Shown: positions 24,601 through 32,310, numbered from the stretch's first letter. The stretch is 64,000 nt of DNA from Bacteroidales bacterium (GCA_023133485.1 JAGLWK010000067.1:8015-72014), one strand, 5' to 3'. A program made the numbers and translations. Notes: generated by a model not told the origin, from the letters alone.

Positions 24601-27084
24601 TCAATTGCTACAGGTGAAACATTTGTTATTCCCGACACCGATTCAATAGGTACAATATATTATTATGTAACACAAAAAAATGATACATGCGAAGGTCCGT
24701 CAACAAATATTCAAATAGTAGTAAATCCAAATCCTGAAATATACACACTAACAGGTGATGAAGAGTATTGTGCTAATATTAATGGAGTTACAATTGAACT
24801 TGACAGTTCAACTTTTCTTGGAATAAATTACCAGTTATATAAAGATGATGCAGTCGATGGAAGCTTTGTTGAAGGAACAGGTAATACAATTTCTTGGCAA
24901 AATAATCATTTTGGAACTTATCATATTATTGCAACAGATATAAGTTCAGGATGTTGGAGTGCAATGAACGATACTCTGACTGTTATAAAAAATAGTTTGC
25001 CTGACCCGACATTCAGTGCTGACGTAACTGAAGGTTGTAGTCCTTTATCTGTTAATTTTAACAGATATTCAATTGACCCTGCATTATATATCTGGGACTT
25101 TGGCGATGGTGTTATTGATAGTATTACCGAAGACCCTATGCATGTTTTTGATAATTCAACAAATTTCTTAAAATATTATGAAGTAAGATTGACTGCTGTA
25201 ACAGGAAAAGGATGTCGCGATTCTGTAAGCGATTATATAACTGTTTTTCCATTGCCTGATTATGATTTTACTATAGCTCCTGATTCAGCTTGTCATCCGG
25301 CAACGGTGCAGCTTACATCATCACCGGGAGGCTCATCATATGTCTGGGATTTTGGAAATGGGCCAATGCCGGGACAATTCAGCGTTACAAATGTATTTAA
25401 TAATACAACTGATAATGATATTGTTTTTCCTATAAGATTAATTGCAACATCAGCTTTTTCTTGTGAGGATACTATTGATAAACAACTTGTTGTTTTTCCT
25501 AAACCCGAGGCTAATTTTTATGTTAATCCAACAGTTGGTTGTTCGCCTCATGAAGTAACAATAGTTAATTATTCATCCCAAAATGTAATTAATTATTATT
25601 GGAATTATGGTGATAATTCAGGTATTGATGAAACTTCAAGCCCTGAGTTTACAAAAATTTATGAAAACTTATTACCATATGAAGCTGATTATGAATTAAG
25701 CCTGATTGTTGAAACAGAAAACGGATGTACAGATGAATCTGATAAAAAAATTGTTAAAGTTTATCCCGAAGTAACAGCCGATTTCCTTCCAGATGTTACA
25801 TCAGGATGTGATCCCTTGACAATTAATCTTATTGACAGATCATTTGGTCATAATTCAATACTAAATTACTGGGATTTTGGTGACGGACAAACAATAAGCG
25901 GACCTGTTTCATCACATGTATTCAATAATTCAACTTCCGCTGATGTTATTTATCCGGTTTTATTAATTGCACAATCAAATTATAATTGTGTTGATTCGTT
26001 TACTATGAATGTAGCTGTTTATCCTTCTCCTGAAGCAAGATTTGTTGTAACACCTATGGAAACAACTTATCCTGATACAGAGTTTGAAATAATAAATGCT
26101 TCAAGTTCAGGTAGTTGGACTTATGGTTGGGATCTCGGAGACGGAAATACGGAAGATTTTGAAAATTCATATACTCATCAATATGATACATCGGGAAGTT
26201 ATACAATTATTCTCACAGTTTCGGGAGAACATTGTACTGATGACACTTCTGTAACTGTTGTGGTAAGACTTCCGGCTCCGATTATATATATTGGTTCCGA
26301 TACAGCAGGTTGTGCTCCTTTAACTGTACAATTTACAAATACAACAATTTATGCAGAAAAATATCTTTGGGACTTTGGTGATGGTGGAACTTCAACTAAA
26401 AAAGAACCTGCTCCATATACATATACCGATGCAGGAACTTATTATGTTTATTTATTAGCTTATGGACCCGAAAGTTTTACAGATACCGATGAACCTGTAA
26501 CAGTTGAAGTTTATCAAAACCCTGTGGCAAAATTCAGTGTTGTTAGCCCTGTGGCATATATTCCGGACAAACCGGTAGCTGTAGTAAACGAATCATATAA
26601 TGCATTTTCATATAGATGGGTTTTTGGTACGGATTCATCTATTACTGATAAAAATGCAGTTTATTATTTTGATGAACCGGGCATTTATGACATTACATTA
26701 ATTGCATATTCCGAAGATTTATGTATAGATACATTACTAAAAGTAAGTGCCGTAAAAGTAGAAGATACAGGTGGGCTTAGTTTTATGAATGCTTTTCAAC
26801 CGAATGCTTCATCAGGTACGGATGGTTCATATTCAACAGATGGATTCGATAGAAGTATTTTTTTCCCTGTAATGCCAAAAGGTGTTGTTAAATATCAACT
26901 TCAGATTTTTAACAGATGGGGTGAAATAATATTTGAAACAAAGGATATTGCAATAGGATGGAACGGAAGACACCTTAATAAAGGTCCGATTTGTGATCAG
27001 GATGTATATTTCTGGAAAGCAACTGTTACTTATAGTGATGGAAGAAACAGTACAATAGTTGGAGATATAACTTTATTACGTTAG
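15625..27084 (+). CDS. Giant cell-surface adhesin with T9SS type B C-terminal sorting domain
   Basis: Uninterrupted 3819-codon ORF with signal peptide MKNIYKILFFIIIIIIVQQNVYGQ. It has four ~100-aa LPTA-delimited repeats, nine TYQWQ Ig-like units, about 13 units of C....P.L.A.G.NI.WY......YTYYVTQT.N.CES, SprB-type units (C.G.DGTI) and seven PKD units (W(D/N)(F/L/Y)GDG). The C-terminus is FMNAFQPNASSGTDG...YQLQIFNRWGEIIF...GWNG. Confidence 0.95.
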   Translation: MKNIYKILFFIIIIIIVQQNVYGQSCLGFPTGTVQTGNDMNYSPECSPVTAVWEVWFKKVDDGGDPNNIAFRFDWGDGTIETIPYDGVILTNPSANRYDATITHIYPTDNTLCSYDLIVNLVVDGEQCSAIIELTVFAWDTDDDGSGELRLENENDGDIIYYICEGKADTIRFLDNSTLNCNLGESPLNPNSLRRWVQFQYGTFDDPAYAGDPRIPNLKVGATQVTDAGGNLIFDLNGDLLTRELDGAVTIYDPPAAVPPSGYLTDQVIVPAGVTSFGEVFEIRMRYWNYCNQYDDGVAPPPGVDGDNPPVTITAIIEIITTPPDVGDGDFQHCIGDDLTVSVTPAISGRILWYADSLDAVNGVDSIFEGQNFDPTNIPIAPSEEMDNLTPGSNTYWVTEKLASCESLPSEVVVTVRNELSVTGGISGPTVVCANENNVIFSVANDPPPMTYGGATEYVWAYPGFNYNSGQGTKSLDVDAGAADGAYTIEVYLQYATDPRCPSTSKTHDVDINELPTAEITTTTVTVCNGDNADLSIDLTGEGNGDWVIQYNVNGAPTETTPTINATPYTLTILAAELTISGANTVTLTSVTQDKGKVCTGSILGAAATVNNNDLPTATITSGNATICDDNDVDITLALTGHGVGDWVVEYTVNGVPKTSLTIDVTPYDLTILAAELTNIGANTVVLTGVTQDKNAVCTGSIVGGGVTITNNALPTAEFTLTTDTICDGEDANISVDLTGHGAGNWVLEYKINAGGLLFTPVIAATPYILVITDANLILGDNIITLLGVTQDKGASAPCVGTINPAKDTILIRKNELPTAAVTTANYNICEGYDADIDIDMTGEIGGNWIIEYQINAGISQFTALFDNDPYTLTISAADLNLGLNTITLIDVTQDVGVAVACDGSIVFGSEDIDITVDQLPTVSNAGVDQEECDPVVIVTMDANVAVIGTGTWDLVSKPPATPDPGISNVNSEIATITIADPNWGIYTYDWVINNGTCPDSHDTVTIDFGAAPTIDAGLNDAVCYPDYTLAATNSSGTGLWSKFAGPGNEDFDDDTDPNATVTVDADGIYTFRWTVTSGACAPVSDDVDIQFYPLPNITSQPANTETCNLGNASFSVTATGPALTYQWQVDDGLGFVNASGGVYTNDITATLNITAAGVGMNGYFYRCIVQEGTNSCDIISDTATLTVHVYPNITADPVAAEICDGADTSFSVTATGTTLTYQWQEDPGGGFVDLTNGGFYSNVTTSTLNITGATTAMDTYQYQCIVTESTLCPVTSGSAVLTVHTYPNITTHPVAAEICDGADTSFTVAVSGTTLTYQWQEDPGGGFVDLTNGGFYSNVTTSTLNITGATIAMDTYQYQCIVTESGLCPSTSGSAILTVHAYPNITANPVAAEICDGADTSFTVAVSGTTLTYQWQEDPGGGFVDLTNGGFYSNVTTSTLNITGATTAMDTYQYQCIVTESGLCPSTSGSAVLTVHAYPNITADPVAAEICNGADTSFSVTATGPTLTYQWQEDPGGGFVDLTNGGFYSNVTTSTLNITGATTAMDTYQYQCIVTESALCPVTSGSAILTVHAYPNITTHPVAAEICDGADTSFTVVVSGTTLTYQWQENDGGGFLDLTNGGFYSNVTTLTLNITGATTAMDTYLYRCIITESGLCPTTSGSAILTVHPYPNITTNPANAAICDGANTSFTVAATGTTLTYQWQVDKQDAMGFNDLINDAIYSNVTAATLNIAGATIAMDTYQYQCIVTESGLCPVNSAAAVLTVHPLPTITSQPTDISTCVGDNTSFSILPNSAGDFTYQWQLNSGSGFNDLANDATYNNVTTATLNISSVNITLNGYLYRCLIDSINTSCQNISDEVTLTVNSLPVITSQPNDVEICENANTTFGILPDDIITYSYQWQVDKQDAMGFNDLFNDATYNNVATATLDITGATIAMDNYQYLCIITNKSTTCEKNSSAALLEIKLLPVTSAISGQANVCAGAQNVSYQVDQHSGSTYAWIIPPEFTAAGGTVNFGGSPNRFVSLNYGAATFSGVLKVVETNNGCDGDTITLDIQAYDLPIADAGNDTTICNGDAAIIGGNPSASNGSGTYIYEWTPTSYLDDATIANPSASPPLSLNYSLKVTDGSSGCISTTDNIQITVNAVPDAPIAPNKTFCESETIEDLTASGENISWYDDITLLNLITTGSPFATGETTPFTYQYYVTQTVDNCESDATPVSLTINATPDNITADDTTICYGEPTPALITSGSSPHWYSNPDLTGLVYIGNTYNPTVFAVGVYTYYLVDEINGCQSEPDTVVLTINAKPLAPNASDTTICYGNLTPDMIATGETGSTIEWFEDPGLTNLLYTGSVFITGETEPKTYTYYVTQTVNSCQSPLKTVKLTINPSPTITQVNYIDENFCGSEDGTISISASGTYPLEYSIDNGANYLENGNFTGLGSGLYYTSVKNYYGCRIDGDTVTITSGNAPEAPDAGDDAIYCDGDNIVSLYANISAGGYLTWYSDGATNDSIGTGNSFTPYNNIDTTYYYVTETTDTCESPPTAVEIIIYEIPQEPQANDTAVCFGEQTPELVALGNNIRWYYPSPSQTDFIYGGDSLYTGQTNVNPYTYYVTQTINGCESSYKPVVLTINTMPSAPASSDVTRCYGQTIPALEATGTNINWYDNSDLLNSVYSGDTYDTEITESGIYTYYVTETLGDCESEATEVILTINEIPNQPEANDVSICDGDIVPDLTAIGLNIVWYSEPELINIIGNNSPFSTTQSGVSDSSYYVTQTVNNCESLSDTVTLTINALPPIPDADDLTICYGDDAILHTTGTNPNWFDGNEFGNPFVYEGNHFVTGKTEVDDYTYYVTDTVNGCGSGSKTVTLIINPTPEIISNTSTNESFCNGNDGTITIDAFDVTGLGLTYSIDGVNFSANNYFDNLRHGNYPVIVKNTYDCEIYGDTLVVTAGENAPDAPVAGDNADYCFGETMVDLTAVVESGGYLVWYSDPLLLDSIATGETFVIPDTDSIGTIYYYVTQKNDTCEGPSTNIQIVVNPNPEIYTLTGDEEYCANINGVTIELDSSTFLGINYQLYKDDAVDGSFVEGTGNTISWQNNHFGTYHIIATDISSGCWSAMNDTLTVIKNSLPDPTFSADVTEGCSPLSVNFNRYSIDPALYIWDFGDGVIDSITEDPMHVFDNSTNFLKYYEVRLTAVTGKGCRDSVSDYITVFPLPDYDFTIAPDSACHPATVQLTSSPGGSSYVWDFGNGPMPGQFSVTNVFNNTTDNDIVFPIRLIATSAFSCEDTIDKQLVVFPKPEANFYVNPTVGCSPHEVTIVNYSSQNVINYYWNYGDNSGIDETSSPEFTKIYENLLPYEADYELSLIVETENGCTDESDKKIVKVYPEVTADFLPDVTSGCDPLTINLIDRSFGHNSILNYWDFGDGQTISGPVSSHVFNNSTSADVIYPVLLIAQSNYNCVDSFTMNVAVYPSPEARFVVTPMETTYPDTEFEIINASSSGSWTYGWDLGDGNTEDFENSYTHQYDTSGSYTIILTVSGEHCTDDTSVTVVVRLPAPIIYIGSDTAGCAPLTVQFTNTTIYAEKYLWDFGDGGTSTKKEPAPYTYTDAGTYYVYLLAYGPESFTDTDEPVTVEVYQNPVAKFSVVSPVAYIPDKPVAVVNESYNAFSYRWVFGTDSSITDKNAVYYFDEPGIYDITLIAYSEDLCIDTLLKVSAVKVEDTGGLSFMNAFQPNASSGTDGSYSTDGFDRSIFFPVMPKGVVKYQLQIFNRWGEIIFETKDIAIGWNGRHLNKGPICDQDVYFWKATVTYSDGRNSTIVGDITLLR
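19195..20635 (+). repeat. Five near-identical 288-bp tandem coding repeats (96-aa Ig-like unit), flanked by diverged copies (about 18900-21500)
   Basis: tatccgaatattaca recurs at 19195, 19483, 19771, 20059, 20347 and 20635, an exact 288-bp period. The translated units LTYQWQEDPGGGFVDLTNGGFYSNVTTSTLNITGATTAMDTYQYQCIVTES are almost identical. Confidence 0.9.
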
Positions 27085-27152
27085 ATTTGGGCATTAATTA
27101 TTGTAACTGTTCACAATGAATTACTTTTGTGGAAATATATGATAAATAATGA

Positions 27153-27407
27153 TTTGTTTGTCGTTTGTTGTTTGTCGTTTGGTACTTTTAATAATTTTTC
27201 ATGGCAACAATAAAAAGATTTGAAGATTTGGAAGTTTGGCAAATTGCAAGAAATTTATGCAGGTTTGTTTATAGAATAACTTCAAAAGGTAAGTTTGCAA
27301 AGGATTTTGCATTGAAGAATCAAATTAGGAATTCTTCAGATTATCGTGGAAAAAATTTAAACAATCATAATATATAACAATAAACAAAACAACAAACGAC
27401 AAACAAA
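27153..27407. repeat. 21-bp perfect inverted repeat bracketing a four-helix-bundle gene remnant
   Basis: tttgtttgtcgtttgttgttt (27153-27173) is the exact reverse complement of aaacaacaaacgacaaacaaa (27387-27407). Confidence 0.85.
27201..27377 (+). pseudogene. Truncated four-helix-bundle protein (23S rRNA intervening-sequence protein family) remnant, 58 codons
   Basis: The translation MATIKRFEDLEVWQIARNLCRFVYRITSKGKFAKDFALKNQIRNSS... matches the N-terminal pattern of this family (F.DL.VWQ.A..L...IY.....P..E.Y.L..QIRR...S). It ends after about 58 aa, whereas the family is about 120 aa. Confidence 0.6.
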
Positions 27408-27494
27408 AATTGTTAATACGTCTCAGGATACATAAATGGTTACTAAATTATAATCAAATATTTAAACCCTGAGAACGGTTACTAATTATTTAAC

Positions 27495-28511
27495 GTGAAA
27501 TTAGTTTTTAATAAAATATATATAATAACATTGTTTGTTTGTTTCAAACAATTTGTATTTAGCCAGGATCCTCAGTTTTCCCAGTTTTATGCAACCCCTT
27601 TATATTTATCTCCATCATTTGCAGGGATTTCAAGTGGCAGTAGAGTGGTTTTAAATTTTAGAGACCAATGGCCAAAAATGCCCGGTAGATTTATAACATT
27701 TGCTGTTTCAGGTGATCATAATTTAAGAAGCCTTAAAAGTGGTGTTGGAATATTAATAACACGCGACCAGATAGGTAGCGGAAAATTAAGCACAACTAAT
27801 GTTGGAGGTTTATATTCTTATCGAATTAAAATAAACAGAAACTGGACTATCAGACCGGGGCTTCATTTAATGTACACTCAAAAAAGTATAGATTATTATA
27901 GTTTAAATTTTGTTGAAGAAGTACATCATGGCACACAAATAGGAGAACCAAATGAATATTTGAATAATCAGTATGTTGATTTTTCTTCATCTATATTAAC
28001 TTATAACAAGGATTTCTGGCTTGGTTCAACAGTTGATCATATGTTAAGACCAAACCAGGCTTTAATGGGTGGAAATAATAGAGTACCAATGAAATTTTCG
28101 TTTTACGGTGGACTTAAAGTGAATATTAGAGGACGGATGAGGGCATTAAAAGCAAGTGCCGAAAACATTACATTTGCATTTTTATACAAATACAGAGAAC
28201 AAAAAAACCTGACATTCAAGCAACAGAACAGTCAGTTTGATTTAGGATTATACTGGAGCAAAACGCCGATAGTTGTTGGATTATGGTATAGGGGAATCCC
28301 CATAATTAAAGAAAATAAGGGTTCTGATGCCATTATCCTGTTATTTGGTTATAAGGTTGATGAATTTAGTGTCGGTTATAGCTACGATTTTACTGTTTCA
28401 AGATTAATAGCTTCAACAGGCGGTGCCCATGAAATTTCAATAATATATCTCTTCAATGTTAGTAAATACAGAAAAGCAAAACGCGAAATGATACCTTGCC
28501 CGCACTTTTAA
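27495..28511 (+). CDS. PorP/SprF-family type IX secretion system membrane protein (second copy)
   Basis: GTG start. Carries the QDPQFSQFYATPLYLSPSFAG signature and is collinear with, and clearly similar to, the 1483..2481 protein. Lies downstream of the second giant gene. Confidence 0.9.
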   Translation: MKLVFNKIYIITLFVCFKQFVFSQDPQFSQFYATPLYLSPSFAGISSGSRVVLNFRDQWPKMPGRFITFAVSGDHNLRSLKSGVGILITRDQIGSGKLSTTNVGGLYSYRIKINRNWTIRPGLHLMYTQKSIDYYSLNFVEEVHHGTQIGEPNEYLNNQYVDFSSSILTYNKDFWLGSTVDHMLRPNQALMGGNNRVPMKFSFYGGLKVNIRGRMRALKASAENITFAFLYKYREQKNLTFKQQNSQFDLGLYWSKTPIVVGLWYRGIPIIKENKGSDAIILLFGYKVDEFSVGYSYDFTVSRLIASTGGAHEISIIYLFNVSKYRKAKREMIPCPHF

Positions 28512-28700
28512 TGTTTTTATACAATGTTTTAAATTCAAAAATCCTTACTTATCGTAAATCAAATTGTCGCAAAAATATCGAATATTGAACAAGCCTGCCT
28601 GCCGGTCAGGCAGGGAATGATGAATACTGAATTAAAAAAATAGCTCAAGGTTCTTATTATTCAAAATATAACAATTCCAGTTTACAAACAAATGCCTCTA

Positions 28701-28912
28701 ATTTCAGAACTCCTGACTCACTAAAAAATAAATTGTCGTTTATTTTGTTTTGAGTATCGTAATAATATGTCATAGTAATTCTATAATGTTGATAATCTGC
28801 CACTAATAAAATTTCAAGTATGGATTTTACGACAAAGTTGCGACATTGCTTTTTACAAATATATTTTTATAAAAGACTGATTTCCAATAGTCAGGTCAGG
28901 AGTTCTGAAATT
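28701..28912. repeat. 17-bp perfect inverted repeats with a 178-bp spacer (inverton- or MITE-like)
   Basis: atttcagaactcctgac (28701-28717) is the reverse complement of gtcaggagttctgaaat (28896-28912). Confidence 0.7.
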
Positions 28913-28937
28913 CGGATATAAATTATTTTAGAATAAA

Positions 28938-28976
28938 TAAAAAAAGGGCTGCTGAAAAAAATTTTCAAGCAGCCCC
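28938..28976 (-). terminator. Hairpin followed by a T-run on the minus strand
   Basis: Stem gggctgct / agcagccc (28946-28975). An A-run precedes it on the plus strand, giving a T-run after the stem on the minus strand. Confidence 0.45.
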
Positions 28977-29326
28977 AATAATTAATATTAACCCTTAAAA
29001 CCATGAAAGACAGAAAACCTGTCAAGATTTGTAACAAAAATAATAAATAATAGTACTAATTCAAAAAAAATTGATGTTAAAATTGATTAAAATACTGTTA
29101 TTTATAATTAAAATTAATAAACAATAAATTAATAGTTCTTATGCTTTACAAACATAAAGATTAATTAAAGTTTGTCAATAATATCATAAGTTTTATATAA
29201 CTAAACCCTCGGGGTTTTGCTAATCAATTGAAACAAATATTTTACAATTTATTTTTTTATAATTTATTAAACCCCGAGGGTTTTTTATCAACTTAATAGA
29301 CAGTCTCTAAATAGAATATTAATTTG

Positions 29327-29410
29327 TGCCCGGAACAGGAATCGAACCTGCACCCGCTAGTGCGGACATGGCCCTCAACCATGCGCGTCTACCAATTCCG
29401 CCACCCGGGC
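29327..29410 (-). tRNA. tRNA-Leu (anticodon GAG)
   Basis: Reverse complement GCCCGGGTGGCGGAATTGGTAGACGCGCATGGTTGAGGGCCATGTCCGCACTAGCGGGTGCAGGTTCGATTCCTGTTCCGGGCA folds by hand as a cloverleaf. It has a 7-bp acceptor stem, anticodon stem CATGG/CCATG, loop TTGAGGG, long variable arm CCGC..GCGG, T-loop TTCGATT and discriminator A. Confidence 0.9.
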
Positions 29411-29426
29411 AAATTATCCATCTTTA

Positions 29427-29453
29427 TAAAAAGGGGAGCATGCTCCCCTTTTT
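29427..29453 (-). terminator. Bidirectional Rho-independent terminator between the MFS gene and the tRNA
   Basis: aaaaaaggggagcatgctccccttttt: perfect palindromic stem ggggagca/tgctcccc flanked by an A-run and a T-run, 5 nt after the MFS stop. Confidence 0.8.
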
Positions 29454-29457
29454 AATA

Positions 29458-31023
29458 TTATTCAGAAGTTGCATTTGAAGGCAATTCAAGCCCATAACCT
29501 TGTTCTTTGTCAGCTTTTCTAAGTAAAAATGCTAAGAATATGGAAATTACGCCTAAAATTACTAACATTAAAATTGGAATAGTGTAATCGTATGGCATTT
29601 CTCCGGCTCTAATAGCTTCAAGATTCGATTTATTTGCCATATCCAGCACTTTTCCTATGAGCCAGAAGAATAATGCCAGTCCATAATTCTGGATTGTAAA
29701 CATAGTTGCAAAAGCAGTTCCGAGACGGTTTTCTGCAACAATTTTAGCAACCGAAGGCCACATTGAAGCAGGGACTAATGAAAATGCTATTCCAAGAGAT
29801 AACAAACCAAAATATCCTAAAATTTTACTATCGAATACTGATAAAGCAAGATGCGCAAAAATCAGTAATAAAGCACCGAGGATCATTAATGAGGCAGCTT
29901 TCCCTTTTTTATCAACAATTGTTCCAAATATTGGAGTAAATAAAATTGTTCCAAGTGGTATTAAACTTGCAGTTTTTGGACCATTTTCCAACCATACTGA
30001 GAATGTAGGCCATATACTTGTCATAAATAGAAAGAATAAGACGAAAATAATTCCAATAGATAAAAATTTACCATTTCGGTTTTTGATATTAGTAGGAATT
30101 AATGAAAAACTAAGACTGAATATAAAAAGACCTATGAATATGGCTACATTACCTATCTTTACGCTACCAAACAATGTAAACATTTTGATATTTGCAGGTA
30201 ATTCAGCTGTAAAACCGAATTTATTAATAAGCAAGTCGGGAGCATATTGCATAAATGGAAAAACAGCAGAGTAAAATGCTACACAAAGTAAAGCAATAAG
30301 AATAAATGAACGGTTTTTAAGCAATTTTATAAGGTCAGAAAACTTGAAACTTTCATCTGCTCCACCTTCTACTGTTTCTGCTGCTAATTGTCTGTCAAGT
30401 TTAATGTCAAACATTACTATATAAATTATAAACAATAAAAGACCAACAGCTATCAAAGTTCCGGCAAAAGCAATTGCAGGACTTACATCACCCGCAGCAA
30501 TGTCAATAGATAAAGCTGTTCCAAGAGCAGAACCAAGTCGTCCAAATCCCATATTTATTGCCATTGCCAAAGCAAGTTCATATCCCTTAAACCATTTTAC
30601 TATTGTTCTCATGGCAACAACACAAGCCACTTCTAAACCAATACCAAACATAACTCTACCTGCCATCATTATTGATAATTGTGTGTCAGGATCGGAAGAT
30701 ATCATTCCACTTGCTCCGATATAATTAGTAATAGCACCCATAGTTGCCAGTGAACCAAAGACGATGCCTGTTATTCGTATTCCCCATTTATCTAAAATAA
30801 TACCTCCAACAATAATACCTCCAATTAAATTTATCCAGGTAGTTGAACTAATTAGTAAACCAAAATCACTGCTCGAAAAATGTAATTGAGATTCCATTAA
30901 TGGTTTTAATCCGGAATAAAAATCCTGAAACCAGTATGTTCCAAAAGTTAAACCACTTATTAATATCAATACCATCCATCTGAGAGCGGCAGAATCTTTT
31001 AATTTCTTTTTTACTTCATTCAT
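29458..31023 (-). CDS. MFS transporter
   Basis: 521 aa, hydrophobic throughout with at least 12 predicted helices split by a central charged loop (KLDRQLAAETVEGGADESFKFSD). This is an MFS-like architecture. Confidence 0.75.
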   Translation of the reverse strand: MNEVKKKLKDSAALRWMVLILISGLTFGTYWFQDFYSGLKPLMESQLHFSSSDFGLLISSTTWINLIGGIIVGGIILDKWGIRITGIVFGSLATMGAITNYIGASGMISSDPDTQLSIMMAGRVMFGIGLEVACVVAMRTIVKWFKGYELALAMAINMGFGRLGSALGTALSIDIAAGDVSPAIAFAGTLIAVGLLLFIIYIVMFDIKLDRQLAAETVEGGADESFKFSDLIKLLKNRSFILIALLCVAFYSAVFPFMQYAPDLLINKFGFTAELPANIKMFTLFGSVKIGNVAIFIGLFIFSLSFSLIPTNIKNRNGKFLSIGIIFVLFFLFMTSIWPTFSVWLENGPKTASLIPLGTILFTPIFGTIVDKKGKAASLMILGALLLIFAHLALSVFDSKILGYFGLLSLGIAFSLVPASMWPSVAKIVAENRLGTAFATMFTIQNYGLALFFWLIGKVLDMANKSNLEAIRAGEMPYDYTIPILMLVILGVISIFLAFLLRKADKEQGYGLELPSNATSE

Positions 31024-31151
31024 TTTATTATAATTTAAAAATTTATATTATGATAATAAGTATTATTAAGACAAAATTTCATGTATATGTCAAATTTTCT
31101 GATAATATAATTTAGTGTCTGCAAGAGAATACTTGAAATTTATAATTATTC

Positions 31152-31232
31152 TGTCATTTCGAACGAAGTGAGAAATCTTATTCAAGTAATATATATTTTG
31201 TTATGAGATTTCTCCTTTCAGTCGAAATGACA
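31152..31232. repeat. REP-like imperfect 27-bp inverted repeat (tgtcatttcgaacgaagtgagaaatct)
   Basis: The left arm (31152-31178) pairs with the right arm (31206-31232) at 23 of 27 positions. Confidence 0.7.
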
Positions 31233-31476
31233 ATATAGGAGTTTTTTTACGAACACTAATTTTTAAAAGCATAAAACTATAAAATTTTATGGATTTGACA
31301 ATATTAATATTTCATGAAATTAATTTTATATATATTTGTATTTGTATATACAATGTAAATAAAAAATTACGTTAGCTTAATATATTAGGATTATTTATAT
31401 ACAATTATTATAATGGTATAGTTATTGATATGTTAAAAAACACATTTTATATATCTGAATTCTAAAAGTAAAAAGA

Positions 31477-32001
31477 ATGAAAAAATCAATTTTATTAATA
31501 ATAGTATATTTTGGAATAATTAATTTTATTTCAGCCCAGACTGTTAAATGGTACACATTTGAAGAGGCAGTAGAATTAAATAAAATCAAACCGAAAAAAA
31601 TCCTTATTGATGTATATACCGATTGGTGTGGCTGGTGTAAGGTAATGGACAAAAATACTTTTTCGCATCCTGTGATAGCAAAATATTTAAACATGAATTT
31701 TTATCCTGTAAAATTTAATGCCGAATCAAAAGAACCGGTTAAGTTTATGGGACAAACTTATAAAAATGAAGGAAACGGTTCGCGGTCAACACATCAATTA
31801 GCTTATGCTCTTTTAAACGGAAAATTATCGTATCCTTCAATTGCTTATATGGATGGAAAAAATAAATTAATAACTGCTGTTCCCGGTTATTGGCCAGCGG
31901 AAAAAATTGAACCTTTGTTACAGTTTTTTGTTGATGAGGTTTATAAAACTTCCCGTTCTTTTGATGATTATACGAACAATTATAAAAGTAAAATCAAATA
32001 A
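31477..32001 (+). CDS. Secreted thioredoxin-fold protein (DUF255/thioredoxin-like, CxxC)
   Basis: Signal peptide. The motif IDVYTDWCGWCKVMD contains the WCGWC redox motif. Confidence 0.8.
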   Translation: MKKSILLIIVYFGIINFISAQTVKWYTFEEAVELNKIKPKKILIDVYTDWCGWCKVMDKNTFSHPVIAKYLNMNFYPVKFNAESKEPVKFMGQTYKNEGNGSRSTHQLAYALLNGKLSYPSIAYMDGKNKLITAVPGYWPAEKIEPLLQFFVDEVYKTSRSFDDYTNNYKSKIK

Positions 32002-32310
32002 TTGTTGTTTATTTTTCAACCCAATTTCTTATATAAACCTGTTATAGTCCGTAGGACATGACAGAGGTTATGAAATTCAACAAACATTTAGTATCTGTAA
32101 GAAAACTAATTAATTCACCAGTATTCGTCATTGCTGTAGATGTTAGATAATTCGTGGATAGTTTTCTTATAAACACTATTTAACACCTAACCTATTAGGT
32201 TTATTCTTGTTTTATATCATTTTGTTAAATTTATTAAATTTCTTATTTTGTTACTAATCAGTTTATATAAATAACTAGTAATTCTGTTAAATGAAATAAT
32301 TTAATAGTTT

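Noticed and set aside
2831-27084. About 20 short ORFs (60-172 aa) on either strand inside the two giant genes (for example 3784..4209, 12271..12603, 16617..16937, 17145..17663, 23113..23319).
   Set aside because: All are fully nested in uninterrupted 3819- and 4217-codon ORFs with clear domain repeats. Their translations are low-complexity frame-shifted or antisense images of the Ig and PKD repeats.
30083-31694. ORFs 30083..30274, 30500..30724 (+) and 31422..31694 (-). Other nested ORFs of the same kind are 34478..34738, 34629..34811, 40530..40718, 43594..43779, 49443..49691, 50769..52649, 55633..56163, 57692..57877 and 59676..59909.
   Set aside because: They are nested in or antisense to longer ORFs that have recognisable families or architecture.
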